Counted from the stretch's first letter, positions 43,947 to 53,257 are shown. The stretch: 64,000 nt of DNA from Oscillospiraceae bacterium (GCA_017540565.1 JAFYAU010000034.1:40335-104334); one strand, 5' to 3'. Numbers and translations: made by a program. Notes: generated from the sequence alone by a model not told the origin.

Positions 43947-44958
43947 TCTTTCCGGCCTCCTTTACTTCTTTTCTCCTCTTCCTCGCCAGCTTGGTGGATG
44001 CGAACCTCAGCTTGAGGAAATCGATGGAAAGCGCGCCGAGCAGCAGGATGCCGGAGAAGGTCGTGACCCAGTAGGGGTTGACGCCGACGACGCTCATTCC
44101 GATCTGGAAGGTGTTCAGGATAAGAAGACCGATCAGCGCGCCGCCCATTCCTCCGATGCCGCCGCCGAAGCTGATGCCGCCGATCATGGCGGCCGTCAGG
44201 CCGGTGAACTGGTTGGTGGAAAGTGCCGTCAGACCGGCCATTCCCAGACGCGCTCCCTGGAACAGGCCGCTGATACCGGCCAGGATGGAACCGTTTACAA
44301 ACAGTGTGATGACGACCTTGGTGGCGTTGATGCCCGCTAGCCGGGCCGCCTGCGGGTTGCCGCCCACCAGCAGCATCTTCATGCCGAAGCGGGTCTTGGA
44401 GATCATGATGCCGTAAATGACAAAGAACAGGATCAGGATGTAGGCTCCGATGGGGATGCCAAACAGGTTGGTCTTTCCGAACCACTGGATAAAGGCGTCC
44501 TTGAAGTTGACGTTGGTCGCAACGCCGTTGTTCCACCACTGGCTGTACACATAGGTCAGCCCCTTGACGATGAAGCTCACGCCCATGGTCGCGATGAACG
44601 ACGGGAATTTCATGACGGAGACCAGCCAGCCGTCCAGAAGGCCGAACAGACCGCAGATGACGATCATCATGAGAAGTGCGATCGGCCCGGGAATGGCCTT
44701 CGCGCAGGCGTTGCCGATAACCGTAAGGCCCAGGCAGCCTATCGTCGACATGGCGATATCCATGTTGCCCGAGATCAGCAGACAGCCGGCGCCGATGGTC
44801 AGAAATCCGGTTACGATGATCGCCTGCAGAACGTTCTTAATGGTCGAAGTGGCAAAAAAGTTCTTGCCAAGCTGAGAGGACCAGAAAGAAAAGACTGCGA
44901 TCAGAACGATCAGTATCAGGATCAGTGTAAAGTTCTTGCTTTTCAGTATCTTTTTCAT
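43939..44958 (-). CDS. sugar-type ABC transporter permease (second subunit)
   Basis: Paralogous multi-TM protein that overlaps the next permease gene by 8 nt. Confidence 0.9.
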   Translation of the reverse strand: MKKILKSKNFTLILILIVLIAVFSFWSSQLGKNFFATSTIKNVLQAIIVTGFLTIGAGCLLISGNMDIAMSTIGCLGLTVIGNACAKAIPGPIALLMMIVICGLFGLLDGWLVSVMKFPSFIATMGVSFIVKGLTYVYSQWWNNGVATNVNFKDAFIQWFGKTNLFGIPIGAYILILFFVIYGIMISKTRFGMKMLLVGGNPQAARLAGINATKVVITLFVNGSILAGISGLFQGARLGMAGLTALSTNQFTGLTAAMIGGISFGGGIGGMGGALIGLLILNTFQIGMSVVGVNPYWVTTFSGILLLGALSIDFLKLRFASTKLARKRRKEVKEAGKNA

Positions 44959-44970
44959 CTTACTATCCTC

Positions 44971-46464
44971 TTAATCCAGCATGGCGGCGGCGAGGACGTT
45001 TTCTTCCGTCGCGTCTTCGCGCGCAAACTCACCGGTGATGTGCCCGTTATGCATGACGAGAACACGGTCGGCCAGGTTGATCACTTCCGTCAGTTCGCTG
45101 GAGATCAGGATGATCGAGATCCCCCGGCAGGCCAGCTCGCAGATAAGCTTGTATATCTCCGCCTTGGTGCCTACGTCGATGCCCTTCGTAGGCTCATCGA
45201 GGATCAGGATCTTGGTGTCTACGACCTTGTTGATCCACCTTCCAAGAATTACCTTCTGCTGGTTGCCGCCGGACAGCTCGCCGACCACCTTCTCCACCGT
45301 CGGAGTCTTGATGTCAAAATCTTCGACCGCTTCCTCTGCCAGATTGCGGACCTGTTTCTTATCCAGGAAGATCCAGTGGCTCAGCTTGTGGATCGACGGC
45401 ATCGCCACGTTCTCCCGGATCGTCCGGCGCATGATCAGGCCCTGCTCTTTTCTGTCCTCCGGACAGAGCATGATGCCGTGGTCAATGGCGTCCCTTGTGG
45501 ATTTGAACGAGACTTTTTTCCCTTCCAGGTAGATCTCGCCTTCCAGAATGGCGTCCGCGCCGAAGATCGCACGGACCGTCTCCGTCCGACCGGCTCCGAC
45601 CAGACCGGACAGTCCCAGGATCTCGCCTTTTCTCAGCGTGAAGCTGACGTCGTGGACGGCAAGGGTCTTCAGATTCTTCACTTCCAGCAGAACGTCCCCG
45701 ATGTTGGTGTTCCTCACCAGGTTGCTGTAGGTGTCGCCAATATCCCTTCCGACCATGGCCTTGATGAGCATGGCCTCGTTGCACTCGGAGGTCTTCATCT
45801 GCGTAACGAAGCCGCCGTCCTTCAAAACGACGATGTCGTCGGCGACCTGGAAGATCTCGTTCATGCGGTGGGATACGTAAAGGACGACCTTTCCCTCTTC
45901 CTTCAGCAGTTTGATCAGACCGAACAGGATCTTGATCTCCACTTCGGTCAGAGGGGCCGTCGGCTCGTCAAAGGCAATGATATCCGTATTCCGGCGATAC
46001 GCCTTCATGATCTCGACCATCTGCTGATGGGCGACGTTCAGATGACCGACTTTCTCATAGGGATCGATGTCCAGGCCGAACTTGTCCAGCAGTTCCTTCG
46101 TATCCTTGATGATCTGACGGCTGTCGTAACCCCCGAGCTTGTTCGAGGGAAGATCGCCGCAGAAGATATTTTCCGCGACGGACAGAGAAGCAAACAACTG
46201 CCTCTCCTGGTAGATGACGCTGACCCCGCCACGGATCGCGTCTACGGGGCTCTGAAAATGAACTTCTTCCCCGTTGATCAGGATCTGCCCGATATCCGGC
46301 TGGATATCGGCACTCAGGATCTTCAGAAGCGTGGACTTGCCGGCGCCGTTTTCTCCCATCAGGGCCATGACGCGGCCGCCTTCCGCCTTGAAGTTGATCC
46401 CGTACAGCGCTCTGACTCCAGGGTAGTTCTTTTCAATATCCCGGAACTCCAGCGATTTTTGCAT
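44971..46464 (-). CDS. sugar ABC transporter ATP-binding protein (duplicated ATPase, RbsA/MglA-like)
   Basis: Walker A GENGAGKST, signature LSGGNQQK, and two NBD halves in 497 aa. Confidence 0.95.
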   Translation of the reverse strand: MQKSLEFRDIEKNYPGVRALYGINFKAEGGRVMALMGENGAGKSTLLKILSADIQPDIGQILINGEEVHFQSPVDAIRGGVSVIYQERQLFASLSVAENIFCGDLPSNKLGGYDSRQIIKDTKELLDKFGLDIDPYEKVGHLNVAHQQMVEIMKAYRRNTDIIAFDEPTAPLTEVEIKILFGLIKLLKEEGKVVLYVSHRMNEIFQVADDIVVLKDGGFVTQMKTSECNEAMLIKAMVGRDIGDTYSNLVRNTNIGDVLLEVKNLKTLAVHDVSFTLRKGEILGLSGLVGAGRTETVRAIFGADAILEGEIYLEGKKVSFKSTRDAIDHGIMLCPEDRKEQGLIMRRTIRENVAMPSIHKLSHWIFLDKKQVRNLAEEAVEDFDIKTPTVEKVVGELSGGNQQKVILGRWINKVVDTKILILDEPTKGIDVGTKAEIYKLICELACRGISIILISSELTEVINLADRVLVMHNGHITGEFAREDATEENVLAAAMLD

Positions 46465-46520
46465 GTTTTTCTTTCACCAACCCATCATTCAGCGTTTTCA
46501 GACATCTATCGCCATACGTT

Positions 46521-46560
46521 TAAAAATGTCAGATAGGCGTCACCGACACCTATCTGACAT
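46521..46560 (-). terminator. intercistronic hairpin plus T-run between the binding-protein and ATPase genes (attenuator or partial terminator)
   Basis: A 12-bp stem ATGTCAGATAGG (46526-46537) / CCTATCTGACAT (46549-46560), followed on the minus strand by TTTTTA. Confidence 0.6.
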
Positions 46561-46638
46561 TTTGGGCTTAATAGATGTTTAGTTGACCGTTCTTATTTCT
46601 GAATTTTGAAAAACACAGATTATGAAGACCGGAAAAGC

Positions 46639-48006
46639 TTAGGAATCAAGCCACCCGTCGGGAACGTCGGGATACGGATCATACATGTCGAGGGTAACTT
46701 CCGCGTCGTAGTTGTAGTAGTTGCCACCGCTGTACAGATCGACCCACTCCAGGAACTGGAAGTAGTCGTTCTGACCGATCCAGATGGCGGGGATATACAG
46801 CGTGGACAGGGTCCGTCCCTCTCCGCCGTGATCGTTCTTCTTCACCCAGCTAGGCCAGATCTCATCCTCAGTGCAGAAGCCTCTCTTGAAGGCGTACATG
46901 GCGCCCATCATCGGCTCTACGCTCATGAAGTAAGAGGTGAAGTAGGCAAAGCGGAAGGAGTCGTACTGACCCGCGTCACACTGGGTCTGCAGACCGGCGC
47001 CGCCGATGGCGATGCAGCAGGAGGTATCGGTCAGGCCGGCAGTGCTGATGACACTGGCAGCGCCCTGAGCGGGATCGTCGACCAGGCCGAATACCAGCCA
47101 GTACTTGATGTTGTCGTTGGTGGAGATGACGGGGCTCGCGCCGTCGATGCCGGCCTGAACGCCGAGGCCATAGGATACCAGGTCAACGGGGAAGACGTTC
47201 TCTTCGCCCATGAGCTCGAGGACCTTGTCATAGCAGCCCTGATACCGCTCGACCAGCTGGGGAGAGGTGGAGTAGTTCATCAGAATGATGCCGACTTCGG
47301 ATCTGGCGGCATCGGGATAGGTCTCGTTGAGCCAGTCGTACAGCTTCTGGCCGCACAGAACGCCGGCGCCGTAGTAATCCTTACCGGCAAAGTTCTTGAG
47401 CAGCTGACCGCCGTTGGGAACGCCGTCACCGGTGGTGCCGTCACGGGGAATGCCCATGTTGCCCATCCACTGCACTTCAGGATAGTCAGCCAGCAGACCT
47501 GCAACCGCGGGGTAGATGGTGGTGTCAGGGTCAAGGAGCAGAATGTCTACGCCCTGGTCAAGAAGCACCTGGACCTGAGTCATGAACATGTCGTTGTCAT
47601 TTTCAGCGCTGGAGAAGCCGAGCCACTGCATGTTGAAGCGCGGAGCCCAGGTCTCGACGGCCGCGGCCGTCTGCTGATACAGAACGGTGGCGGACTGCGC
47701 GACGTAGGCGATCTTGTAGGAAGGACCGGAAGCATAGTCAAAGTCCAGATCGTAGTAACCGATCATGTCCAGATTCCGGGAACCATCCTCGTTCATGTGG
47801 GGCGTGGCGACCGTCTCAGCGCCCTCGTCAGCCGGGGTCTCGTCAGCGGGCGTCTCCGCATCGTCCTGCTTGCCTTCATCCGGCGTTGCCGGCGTGGTGT
47901 CCTGCTTGCCGCTGTCATCTTTGGGGGTCTCGGAAGAGCCTCCGCCGCAGGCGACCAGACAGGATACCATGCACAGAGCCAGAATAAGTGCCAGTACCTT
48001 CTTCAT
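46639..48006 (-). CDS. ABC transporter substrate-binding lipoprotein (type I periplasmic-binding fold) with an acidic Thr/Pro/Asp linker
   Basis: Signal peptide plus lipobox LVACGG. A ~60-aa low-complexity linker is followed by a sugar-binding-protein-like body. Confidence 0.85.
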   Translation of the reverse strand: MKKVLALILALCMVSCLVACGGGSSETPKDDSGKQDTTPATPDEGKQDDAETPADETPADEGAETVATPHMNEDGSRNLDMIGYYDLDFDYASGPSYKIAYVAQSATVLYQQTAAAVETWAPRFNMQWLGFSSAENDNDMFMTQVQVLLDQGVDILLLDPDTTIYPAVAGLLADYPEVQWMGNMGIPRDGTTGDGVPNGGQLLKNFAGKDYYGAGVLCGQKLYDWLNETYPDAARSEVGIILMNYSTSPQLVERYQGCYDKVLELMGEENVFPVDLVSYGLGVQAGIDGASPVISTNDNIKYWLVFGLVDDPAQGAASVISTAGLTDTSCCIAIGGAGLQTQCDAGQYDSFRFAYFTSYFMSVEPMMGAMYAFKRGFCTEDEIWPSWVKKNDHGGEGRTLSTLYIPAIWIGQNDYFQFLEWVDLYSGGNYYNYDAEVTLDMYDPYPDVPDGWLDS

Positions 48007-48056
48007 TGTTTAATTCCTCCTAATTTTATTATTTACGAATAACCGCTGGATCACGA

Positions 48057-49088
48057 TTATTGATAAACCTTAAACTTGTAATCCTCATACGCCCGCATGA
48101 CGACCGCGTTCTTGCGTCTGGCGATCTCTCTGCCTCGGTCACTGTTCTCCGGCATGAAGCCTCCGCAGAACGCGTAACCGCCGCCGGGGGCAAGCGTAAG
48201 GATCGAATTTTTCACCGATTCGTAGATCAGCTCGTCCGGGGCGTCGTCTGCCAGAAGTTCACCCTTGGCGTCCCAGCCTCCGGCAATGACCAGATCGTTT
48301 CCGTATTTCTTCTTTACCGCGACCAGATCGTTGATCGTCTGGGCCGGATCCCAGAGTCGGATCCCGACGTGCTCCATCAGCTCGTCGATCAGCTTTTCCG
48401 CCTTGCCGCAGTTGTGGAAGGAGACGGGGATTCCTCTGTCCTGCGCGAATTTCGCGTGTCTCTGGTACAGGGGGACGAACAGCTCCGTGAATACGGAGGG
48501 CGAAATGAACGGCGCGTTCAGCGACGCCGTGTCATCCTTCAGGGATATCACGTCCGGCTGATAGTAGTCGATGACCTTTTCGGTGATCTCGCAGTACCAG
48601 TCGCAGAGGTAGGAGCACAGGGCGAACACCTCTTCGGGTTCCTCATAGATCGCGCAAAGGCCTTCCTCGAACCCCATGAAGGACATCAGGTGCTGGAAAT
48701 ACCCGAAGTGCATGTCCAGCGACAGCAGCGTTTCATCGCGGTTGTAGTTGCTGTGTTCGATGCTGTCCTTGACGATGCGTTCCCAGTCGTAGCCGGAGAT
48801 GTCCGGCGCCTTGATCACGTCCCGCCATTTTGTGATGTCGTCAAGGATGAAATAGGTCGTATCCGGCATCGTGGCGCCGTTTACTTCCTTGGAATAGGTG
48901 TATCGGACGCCCCAGGGATCGATCCCTCCCACGCCGACGGCTCTGTGCTTCTGCAGAAACTCCGGAGAAAGCAGCTGGATCGGCGGAGGCGGAGCCCCCT
49001 TCTGCGGCGGCATGATGGTGTACTGCGGGACCCATTCCGGGCACTCCCCGTTCAGCAGCCGCCTGAAATTTTCTTTTCCGTTGATCAT
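48057..49088 (-). CDS. UroD/MtaA/CmuA-family methyltransferase-like protein (paralog of 4856-5875)
   Basis: Shares long blocks with the first copy: DITKWRDVIKAP, HFGYFQHLMSFMGFEEGL, YEEPEEV, DDTAS, FHNCG, WDPAQ. Confidence 0.85.
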   Translation of the reverse strand: MINGKENFRRLLNGECPEWVPQYTIMPPQKGAPPPPIQLLSPEFLQKHRAVGVGGIDPWGVRYTYSKEVNGATMPDTTYFILDDITKWRDVIKAPDISGYDWERIVKDSIEHSNYNRDETLLSLDMHFGYFQHLMSFMGFEEGLCAIYEEPEEVFALCSYLCDWYCEITEKVIDYYQPDVISLKDDTASLNAPFISPSVFTELFVPLYQRHAKFAQDRGIPVSFHNCGKAEKLIDELMEHVGIRLWDPAQTINDLVAVKKKYGNDLVIAGGWDAKGELLADDAPDELIYESVKNSILTLAPGGGYAFCGGFMPENSDRGREIARRKNAVVMRAYEDYKFKVYQ

Positions 49089-49142
49089 GGAATACCTCGC
49101 CTTACGTCATTTACAGATATTGCCGCACCCGGTCGGCAGGAT

Positions 49143-50366
49143 TCAGATGTGGAGCTTTACGTTTGCTTTTTCCAGAACGCTCTGAAGTTCCTTTACATCC
49201 AGTTTGCTGAAATCGTCCGTCATCACGGCGGCCGTGCCGGCCGCCTGTCCGGTGACTGCGCACGGTGGGATCACACGGGTAACATCCCACAGGGAATCCG
49301 TTACGGAAATGTTTCTGCCGGCACAGATCAGATTGGGCACCTTGGAGGAATACAGCGTCCGGAAGGGCAGTTCAAAACACGGTCCCGGCTTCCTCCAGTC
49401 TCCCGTAAGGCCGATGCTGTCCTCAAATCCCTTGCGGTTTTCCGATTCGTCCATCGTATATTCGCCCGCGATTCGCCGGCTCATCCGCACCAGCGGGATC
49501 GTGGATACGGTAACAGGCGCGTAATCCGCCTGCTTTTCCCTGTTTGCAAGAATGTCATCGAACATCTTCGCGTGCGCTTCCTGCACGGCTCTGGAGAGCT
49601 CCGCGCCGTCCACTCCGGAAAACCGGGTCTGGGTCAGTGAAGTGACGGTGACATTCCCGTAGGGGTTGTCTCCGCGTTTTTCCGCCGCCGGCGTTTGGGA
49701 CGGCGGGACATCAGCCAGTCCGAACATCTTCAGCTTTACTTTGCCTTCCGTATAATAGTAGTACCAGCTTGCGATGCCGTTGCCCCCTTCGTGCAGGGCG
49801 GTCTCCGCCCCGGCCTGAAAAGCGACATCGGCGTCACCCGTGCAGTCCACTACGGTCTTGCAGGTGATAACGCTGCGGCCGGATTTGTTTTCGATGACGA
49901 CTCCCGCGATGGAATTGCCGTCTTTCACAACGGAGGTGATCAGGGTGCCGTACAGGACCGTGACTCCAAGCTCCTTCAGCGTCTTCTCCATGTCCAGCGC
50001 GAAAATATGCGGGTTGAACTGCGTGATAAAACGCATCTTTTTCCGTTCTTCTGCGGACCCATTCTCAAGCCAGGCCTTGGGGTAAGGTCCTTCGCAGCCG
50101 TGCCGGATGGACAGTCTGAACAGTTCTTCTCCGATCCCATGGATGACCTGATTGCCCAGTCCGTCGTCCAGCGGCAGATAAATGGCGATCAGCCCCAGCG
50201 TAGCCAGTCCGCCCAACAGAAACTCTCTCTCGATGAGCGTGACCTTCGCTCCGTTCCGTGCGGCTGCCATGGCTGCCGCTACTCCTGCGATCCCTCCTCC
50301 GGCTACCAGAACCTCAGTCTCTTCCGTCACTGTCAGTTCTCTTGCCGGTTCTACAAACTTGTTCAT
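49143..50366 (-). CDS. FAD-dependent oxidoreductase (FAD_oxidored-type)
   Basis: Dinucleotide-binding motif VLVAGGGIAGVAAAMAAARNGAKVTLIE. ATG 50366 is preceded by AGGAAG. The longer track start would include the predicted promoter. Confidence 0.85.
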   Translation of the reverse strand: MNKFVEPARELTVTEETEVLVAGGGIAGVAAAMAAARNGAKVTLIEREFLLGGLATLGLIAIYLPLDDGLGNQVIHGIGEELFRLSIRHGCEGPYPKAWLENGSAEERKKMRFITQFNPHIFALDMEKTLKELGVTVLYGTLITSVVKDGNSIAGVVIENKSGRSVITCKTVVDCTGDADVAFQAGAETALHEGGNGIASWYYYYTEGKVKLKMFGLADVPPSQTPAAEKRGDNPYGNVTVTSLTQTRFSGVDGAELSRAVQEAHAKMFDDILANREKQADYAPVTVSTIPLVRMSRRIAGEYTMDESENRKGFEDSIGLTGDWRKPGPCFELPFRTLYSSKVPNLICAGRNISVTDSLWDVTRVIPPCAVTGQAAGTAAVMTDDFSKLDVKELQSVLEKANVKLHI

Positions 50367-50462
50367 TTTACTCTTCCTTACGTCACATGGATTTTCGGCT
50401 GACGTTCCCCACCGAAGGAAGGAACCCCCCGATTCCAATGATCTTCTGCCATTGTTGTTAAT

Positions 50463-50492
50463 AATATACAATTTCACACCCTGTTTCTGCAA
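50463..50492 (-). promoter_or_regulatory. candidate promoter of the FAD-oxidoreductase-to-DUF126 operon
   Basis: Minus strand reads TTGCAG (50492-50487), 18 nt spacer, TATATT (50468-50463). Confidence 0.4.
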
Positions 50493-50603
50493 TCCCGCTT
50501 GTACACCATTTTAGTACCAGCCATAACCAACAGGTTATCGTTTTTCGTCGTTTGCTCCTGCGGTACTGGTCATTATCACCAAGGCCGGGGCTTTCCGGCC
50601 GGA

Positions 50604-50642
50604 CAGAAAAAGACCGGGAACGGCAAATGCCGTTCCCGGTCT
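50604..50642 (-). terminator. intrinsic terminator after jag
   Basis: A 14-bp stem AGACCGGGAACGGC/GCCGTTCCCGGTCT with a 4-nt loop. The minus strand continues with TTTTTC. Confidence 0.85.
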
Positions 50643-50657
50643 TCTGAACGATGGAAC

Positions 50658-51323
50658 TTATTTCCACTCGCGGTAGGTGGGTTTCGGCGCAGGCGCCGAG
50701 GTGCGGTCATAGGCCACAACCACACGGCGGTTGGGCTCCGTTCCCGTAGAGAACGTCGTTACTCCGTCATACTCCTGCAGGGCGGTGTGGATCACGTGGC
50801 GCTCATAGCTGTTCATGGCCTCCAACGTGATGTTTCGGCGGTACTTCAGCACCTTCTCCGCAGTCTTGCGGGCCAGTTTCTCCAGTGCCTCGTTCCGGCG
50901 CTCCCGGTAATTCTCGGCGTCGATGCTGATGCGGACCCGGCCTCCTCCGCGGTTCACGGAATAGTTGGCCAGATGCTGGATTGCATCCAGCGTCTCTCCC
51001 CGGCGGCCGATCAGGGCCCCAGGATTCTCCCCGACAATCGTCACGCTGATCGTATTCGCGTCCTCGGTAATCTCCGTGTCGGCTTCCACGCCCATATGCT
51101 CGAACAGGCCCTTCAGGAACCGTTCGGTCATCTCGGCCTTGCTCTCTTCGAACTCGTACGTGAGGCGGACCTTCGCTTCCACGGCGCCGATGCCCAGGAA
51201 TCCGCTCTTGGCGCGTTCCAGGATCTCGACGGTGACATCGTCCCGCTCCAGGCCAAGTTCCTCCAGACCCTTGCGGATGGCCTCATCCTCGGTCTTGGCG
51301 GCCACTTCTATATACTTAGTCAT
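50658..51323 (-). CDS. jag: Jag/KhpB RNA-binding protein (Jag_N, KH, R3H)
   Basis: N-terminal Jag domain (AKTEDEAIRKGLEELG), a KH block (IGRRGETLDAIQHL) and an R3H-type C-terminus (ERHVIHTAL). Located after yidC. Confidence 0.9.
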   Translation of the reverse strand: MTKYIEVAAKTEDEAIRKGLEELGLERDDVTVEILERAKSGFLGIGAVEAKVRLTYEFEESKAEMTERFLKGLFEHMGVEADTEITEDANTISVTIVGENPGALIGRRGETLDAIQHLANYSVNRGGGRVRISIDAENYRERRNEALEKLARKTAEKVLKYRRNITLEAMNSYERHVIHTALQEYDGVTTFSTGTEPNRRVVVAYDRTSAPAPKPTYREWK

Positions 51324-52689
51324 CAGACTCGGTCTCCTCTTCCTCCGGCTCTTCTTCCGGCTCTTCTTCCGGCTCTTCCTCCGGCTCTTCCTCCTCGGCA
51401 GGCTCTTCGTCGAACGCCGTCTCTTCCTTCTCCGGCTCCGGCAGCACGGCAGCCGTCTCCCCGGGGATCTCAGGTTCGGGAAGCACTTCCTCCTCCGGTT
51501 CTGCGCCGTCCTCTTCCTCCGCCTTTACGGCATAGCGGTCGGGATCATAGGCGCGCCCGCGGGCGTACTTCCTGTCGTCCACGCGTCCGGCAGATTCATC
51601 GTCTGCCTTCAGGCCTTTCTTGCGCTCCCACTCGGCAGTCTTCTCTCTCCTGTCCTCGCGGTCGCTGATGCGCTGTTTTTTCTTGGATGTGTTGGCGTTG
51701 CGCTCCGTAGCGTTCTCCGCCTTCAGGCGCTCGGTCTCCTGGCGCTTGGCCTCCAGTTCCTTTTCCTTCTGTGCTCTGAGGGCCATACGTTCGGCATCCT
51801 CGATGGCGATCTTCTTGCCGTAATACTTGTTCAGTATGATCTCCTGGATCATGGCAAACACGCTGCTGGCGATCCAGTACAGGCCGAGGGCGGCCGGCAT
51901 GAGGAAAGCGAACCACAGGGTCATGATGGGCATGAAGATATTCATCATGCTCATGGTCTTCTTCGTGGGATCCTCCTCAGCGTCGGGGTTCTTGGGCATC
52001 GTCTTCTGACTGAGCCAGGTCTGCAGCCAGGTCAGGATTGCTGCCACCACGGGGATGATGACCAGCAGAGCGATAGCCTTGGTGGCGCTGTCGCTCCAGT
52101 TGGTATCGCCGCTGAAGAACATCTTGATGTTGGGCGTCTTGCCCAGGTCAAGGCCAAGGAAACTGTAATCGATCTGTCGCAGCTTGTCCGAAAGGCCGGA
52201 GAAAGCGCTCCAGTTCTTCGTGATGAACTGACTTTGTTCGATCTGTACGTAGGCCGCGTTCGCCGTAGACTCAAATCCGAGTTCGGCGAGCTTCGTGGCG
52301 ATGGCTCCGCCCTCGTCCAGCAGTTCCTTGCCCACCCCCATCATAATGGTAAGAGGGTAGCGGATGGCCTGATACAGAGCAATCAGGATGGGGAACGGGA
52401 TCAGGGACCAGATGCAGCCGGACATAGGGTTCACGCCCTCTTCCCGGTACAGCTTCTGGACCTCTTCGTTGTATTTCTGTTTGTTGGCGCCGTGCCGTTT
52501 CTCGATCTCCTTGATCCTCCCCTGCAGGCGGGTCTGCTGGATCATGCCTTTCTTGGACTTCATCTGGAAGGGCAGCAGGATCAGTTTGACGATCAGAGCG
52601 AAAAGGATGACGGCAACGCCGTAGTTTCCGACAAACTCATACAGCCAGAGCATGAGCATGCCGAACGGTTTCGCAATTGCAGACAGCAT
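51316..52689 (-). CDS. yidC: membrane protein insertase YidC/SpoIIIJ with a long charged C-terminal tail
   Basis: 60-kDa-IMP core (LPFQMKSKKGM...GCIWSLIPFPILIALY). The tail is Lys/Glu rich and ends in (EEPE)n. AAGGAG RBS. Confidence 0.9.
   Translation of the reverse strand: MLSAIAKPFGMLMLWLYEFVGNYGVAVILFALIVKLILLPFQMKSKKGMIQQTRLQGRIKEIEKRHGANKQKYNEEVQKLYREEGVNPMSGCIWSLIPFPILIALYQAIRYPLTIMMGVGKELLDEGGAIATKLAELGFESTANAAYVQIEQSQFITKNWSAFSGLSDKLRQIDYSFLGLDLGKTPNIKMFFSGDTNWSDSATKAIALLVIIPVVAAILTWLQTWLSQKTMPKNPDAEEDPTKKTMSMMNIFMPIMTLWFAFLMPAALGLYWIASSVFAMIQEIILNKYYGKKIAIEDAERMALRAQKEKELEAKRQETERLKAENATERNANTSKKKQRISDREDRREKTAEWERKKGLKADDESAGRVDDRKYARGRAYDPDRYAVKAEEEDGAEPEEEVLPEPEIPGETAAVLPEPEKEETAFDEEPAEEEEPEEEPEEEPEEEPEEEETESDD
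51347..51394 (-). repeat. four tandem copies of a 12-bp unit (GGCTCTTCYTCC on the plus strand) inside the yidC 3' end
   Basis: Units at 51347, 51359, 51371 and 51383 encode the EEPEEEPEEEPE stretch. Partial copies flank them. Confidence 0.85.
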
Positions 52690-52707
52690 GTATCTTTCTC
52701 CTTACGT

Positions 52708-52917
52708 TTACGGAACGGGGTCATATCCCCCTTTGTGGAACGGATGACACTTGCACAGCCTTTTCAGTGCCAGCCAGCTTCCTTTGGCGGCGCCGTACTT
52801 TTCCAGCGCCTCCAGAGCGTAGGCAGAGCATGTGGGAGTGAAACGGCAGCAGGGCTGCCGGGCAGGTGAGACGTACTTACGATACGCCTTGACCAGGAAG
52901 ATCAGTATCTTTTTCAT
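52708..52917 (-). CDS. yidD: membrane protein insertion efficiency factor YidD
   Basis: YRKYVSP....[13 protein letters not shown]....G...G..L...R..KCHP signature in 69 aa. Start at ATG 52917. Confidence 0.85.
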   Translation of the reverse strand: MKKILIFLVKAYRKYVSPARQPCCRFTPTCSAYALEALEKYGAAKGSWLALKRLCKCHPFHKGGYDPVP

Positions 52918-53257
52918 CTTTGACAAGTAGGTCCAGCCTGTCCGCGAGTTTGAGAAAATCCCGCTCCAGGCTGGCATATCCGACAGTTCTGCTTCGTACT
53001 CTCGCGACGATGATCACGTCGTATCCCGGACGCAGCCGGTATCTGTTCAGCCGGTAGATCTCCCTCAGGCGGCGGCGGACGGTGTTGCGCACCACGGCTT
53101 TGCCCACCTTTGTTCCGACGGTGATGCCCAGGCGGCCGGGCAGGCCAGGCCTTCCCTTTCTGGCATACAGCACCAGCAGCGGGGTGGCGGCGTTCGCGCC
53201 TTTGCTGTAGATGCGGCGGAATTCGCTGTTTTTCTTTATGGTAACAGTTTCCTTCAC
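52877..53257 (-). CDS. rnpA: ribonuclease P protein component
   Basis: Basic protein with the RNR-type block [17 protein letters not shown] 53257 has a GGAGG RBS. Located after rpmH. Confidence 0.9.
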   Translation of the reverse strand: MKETVTIKKNSEFRRIYSKGANAATPLLVLYARKGRPGLPGRLGITVGTKVGKAVVRNTVRRRLREIYRLNRYRLRPGYDVIIVARVRSRTVGYASLERDFLKLADRLDLLVKDEKDTDLPGQGVS

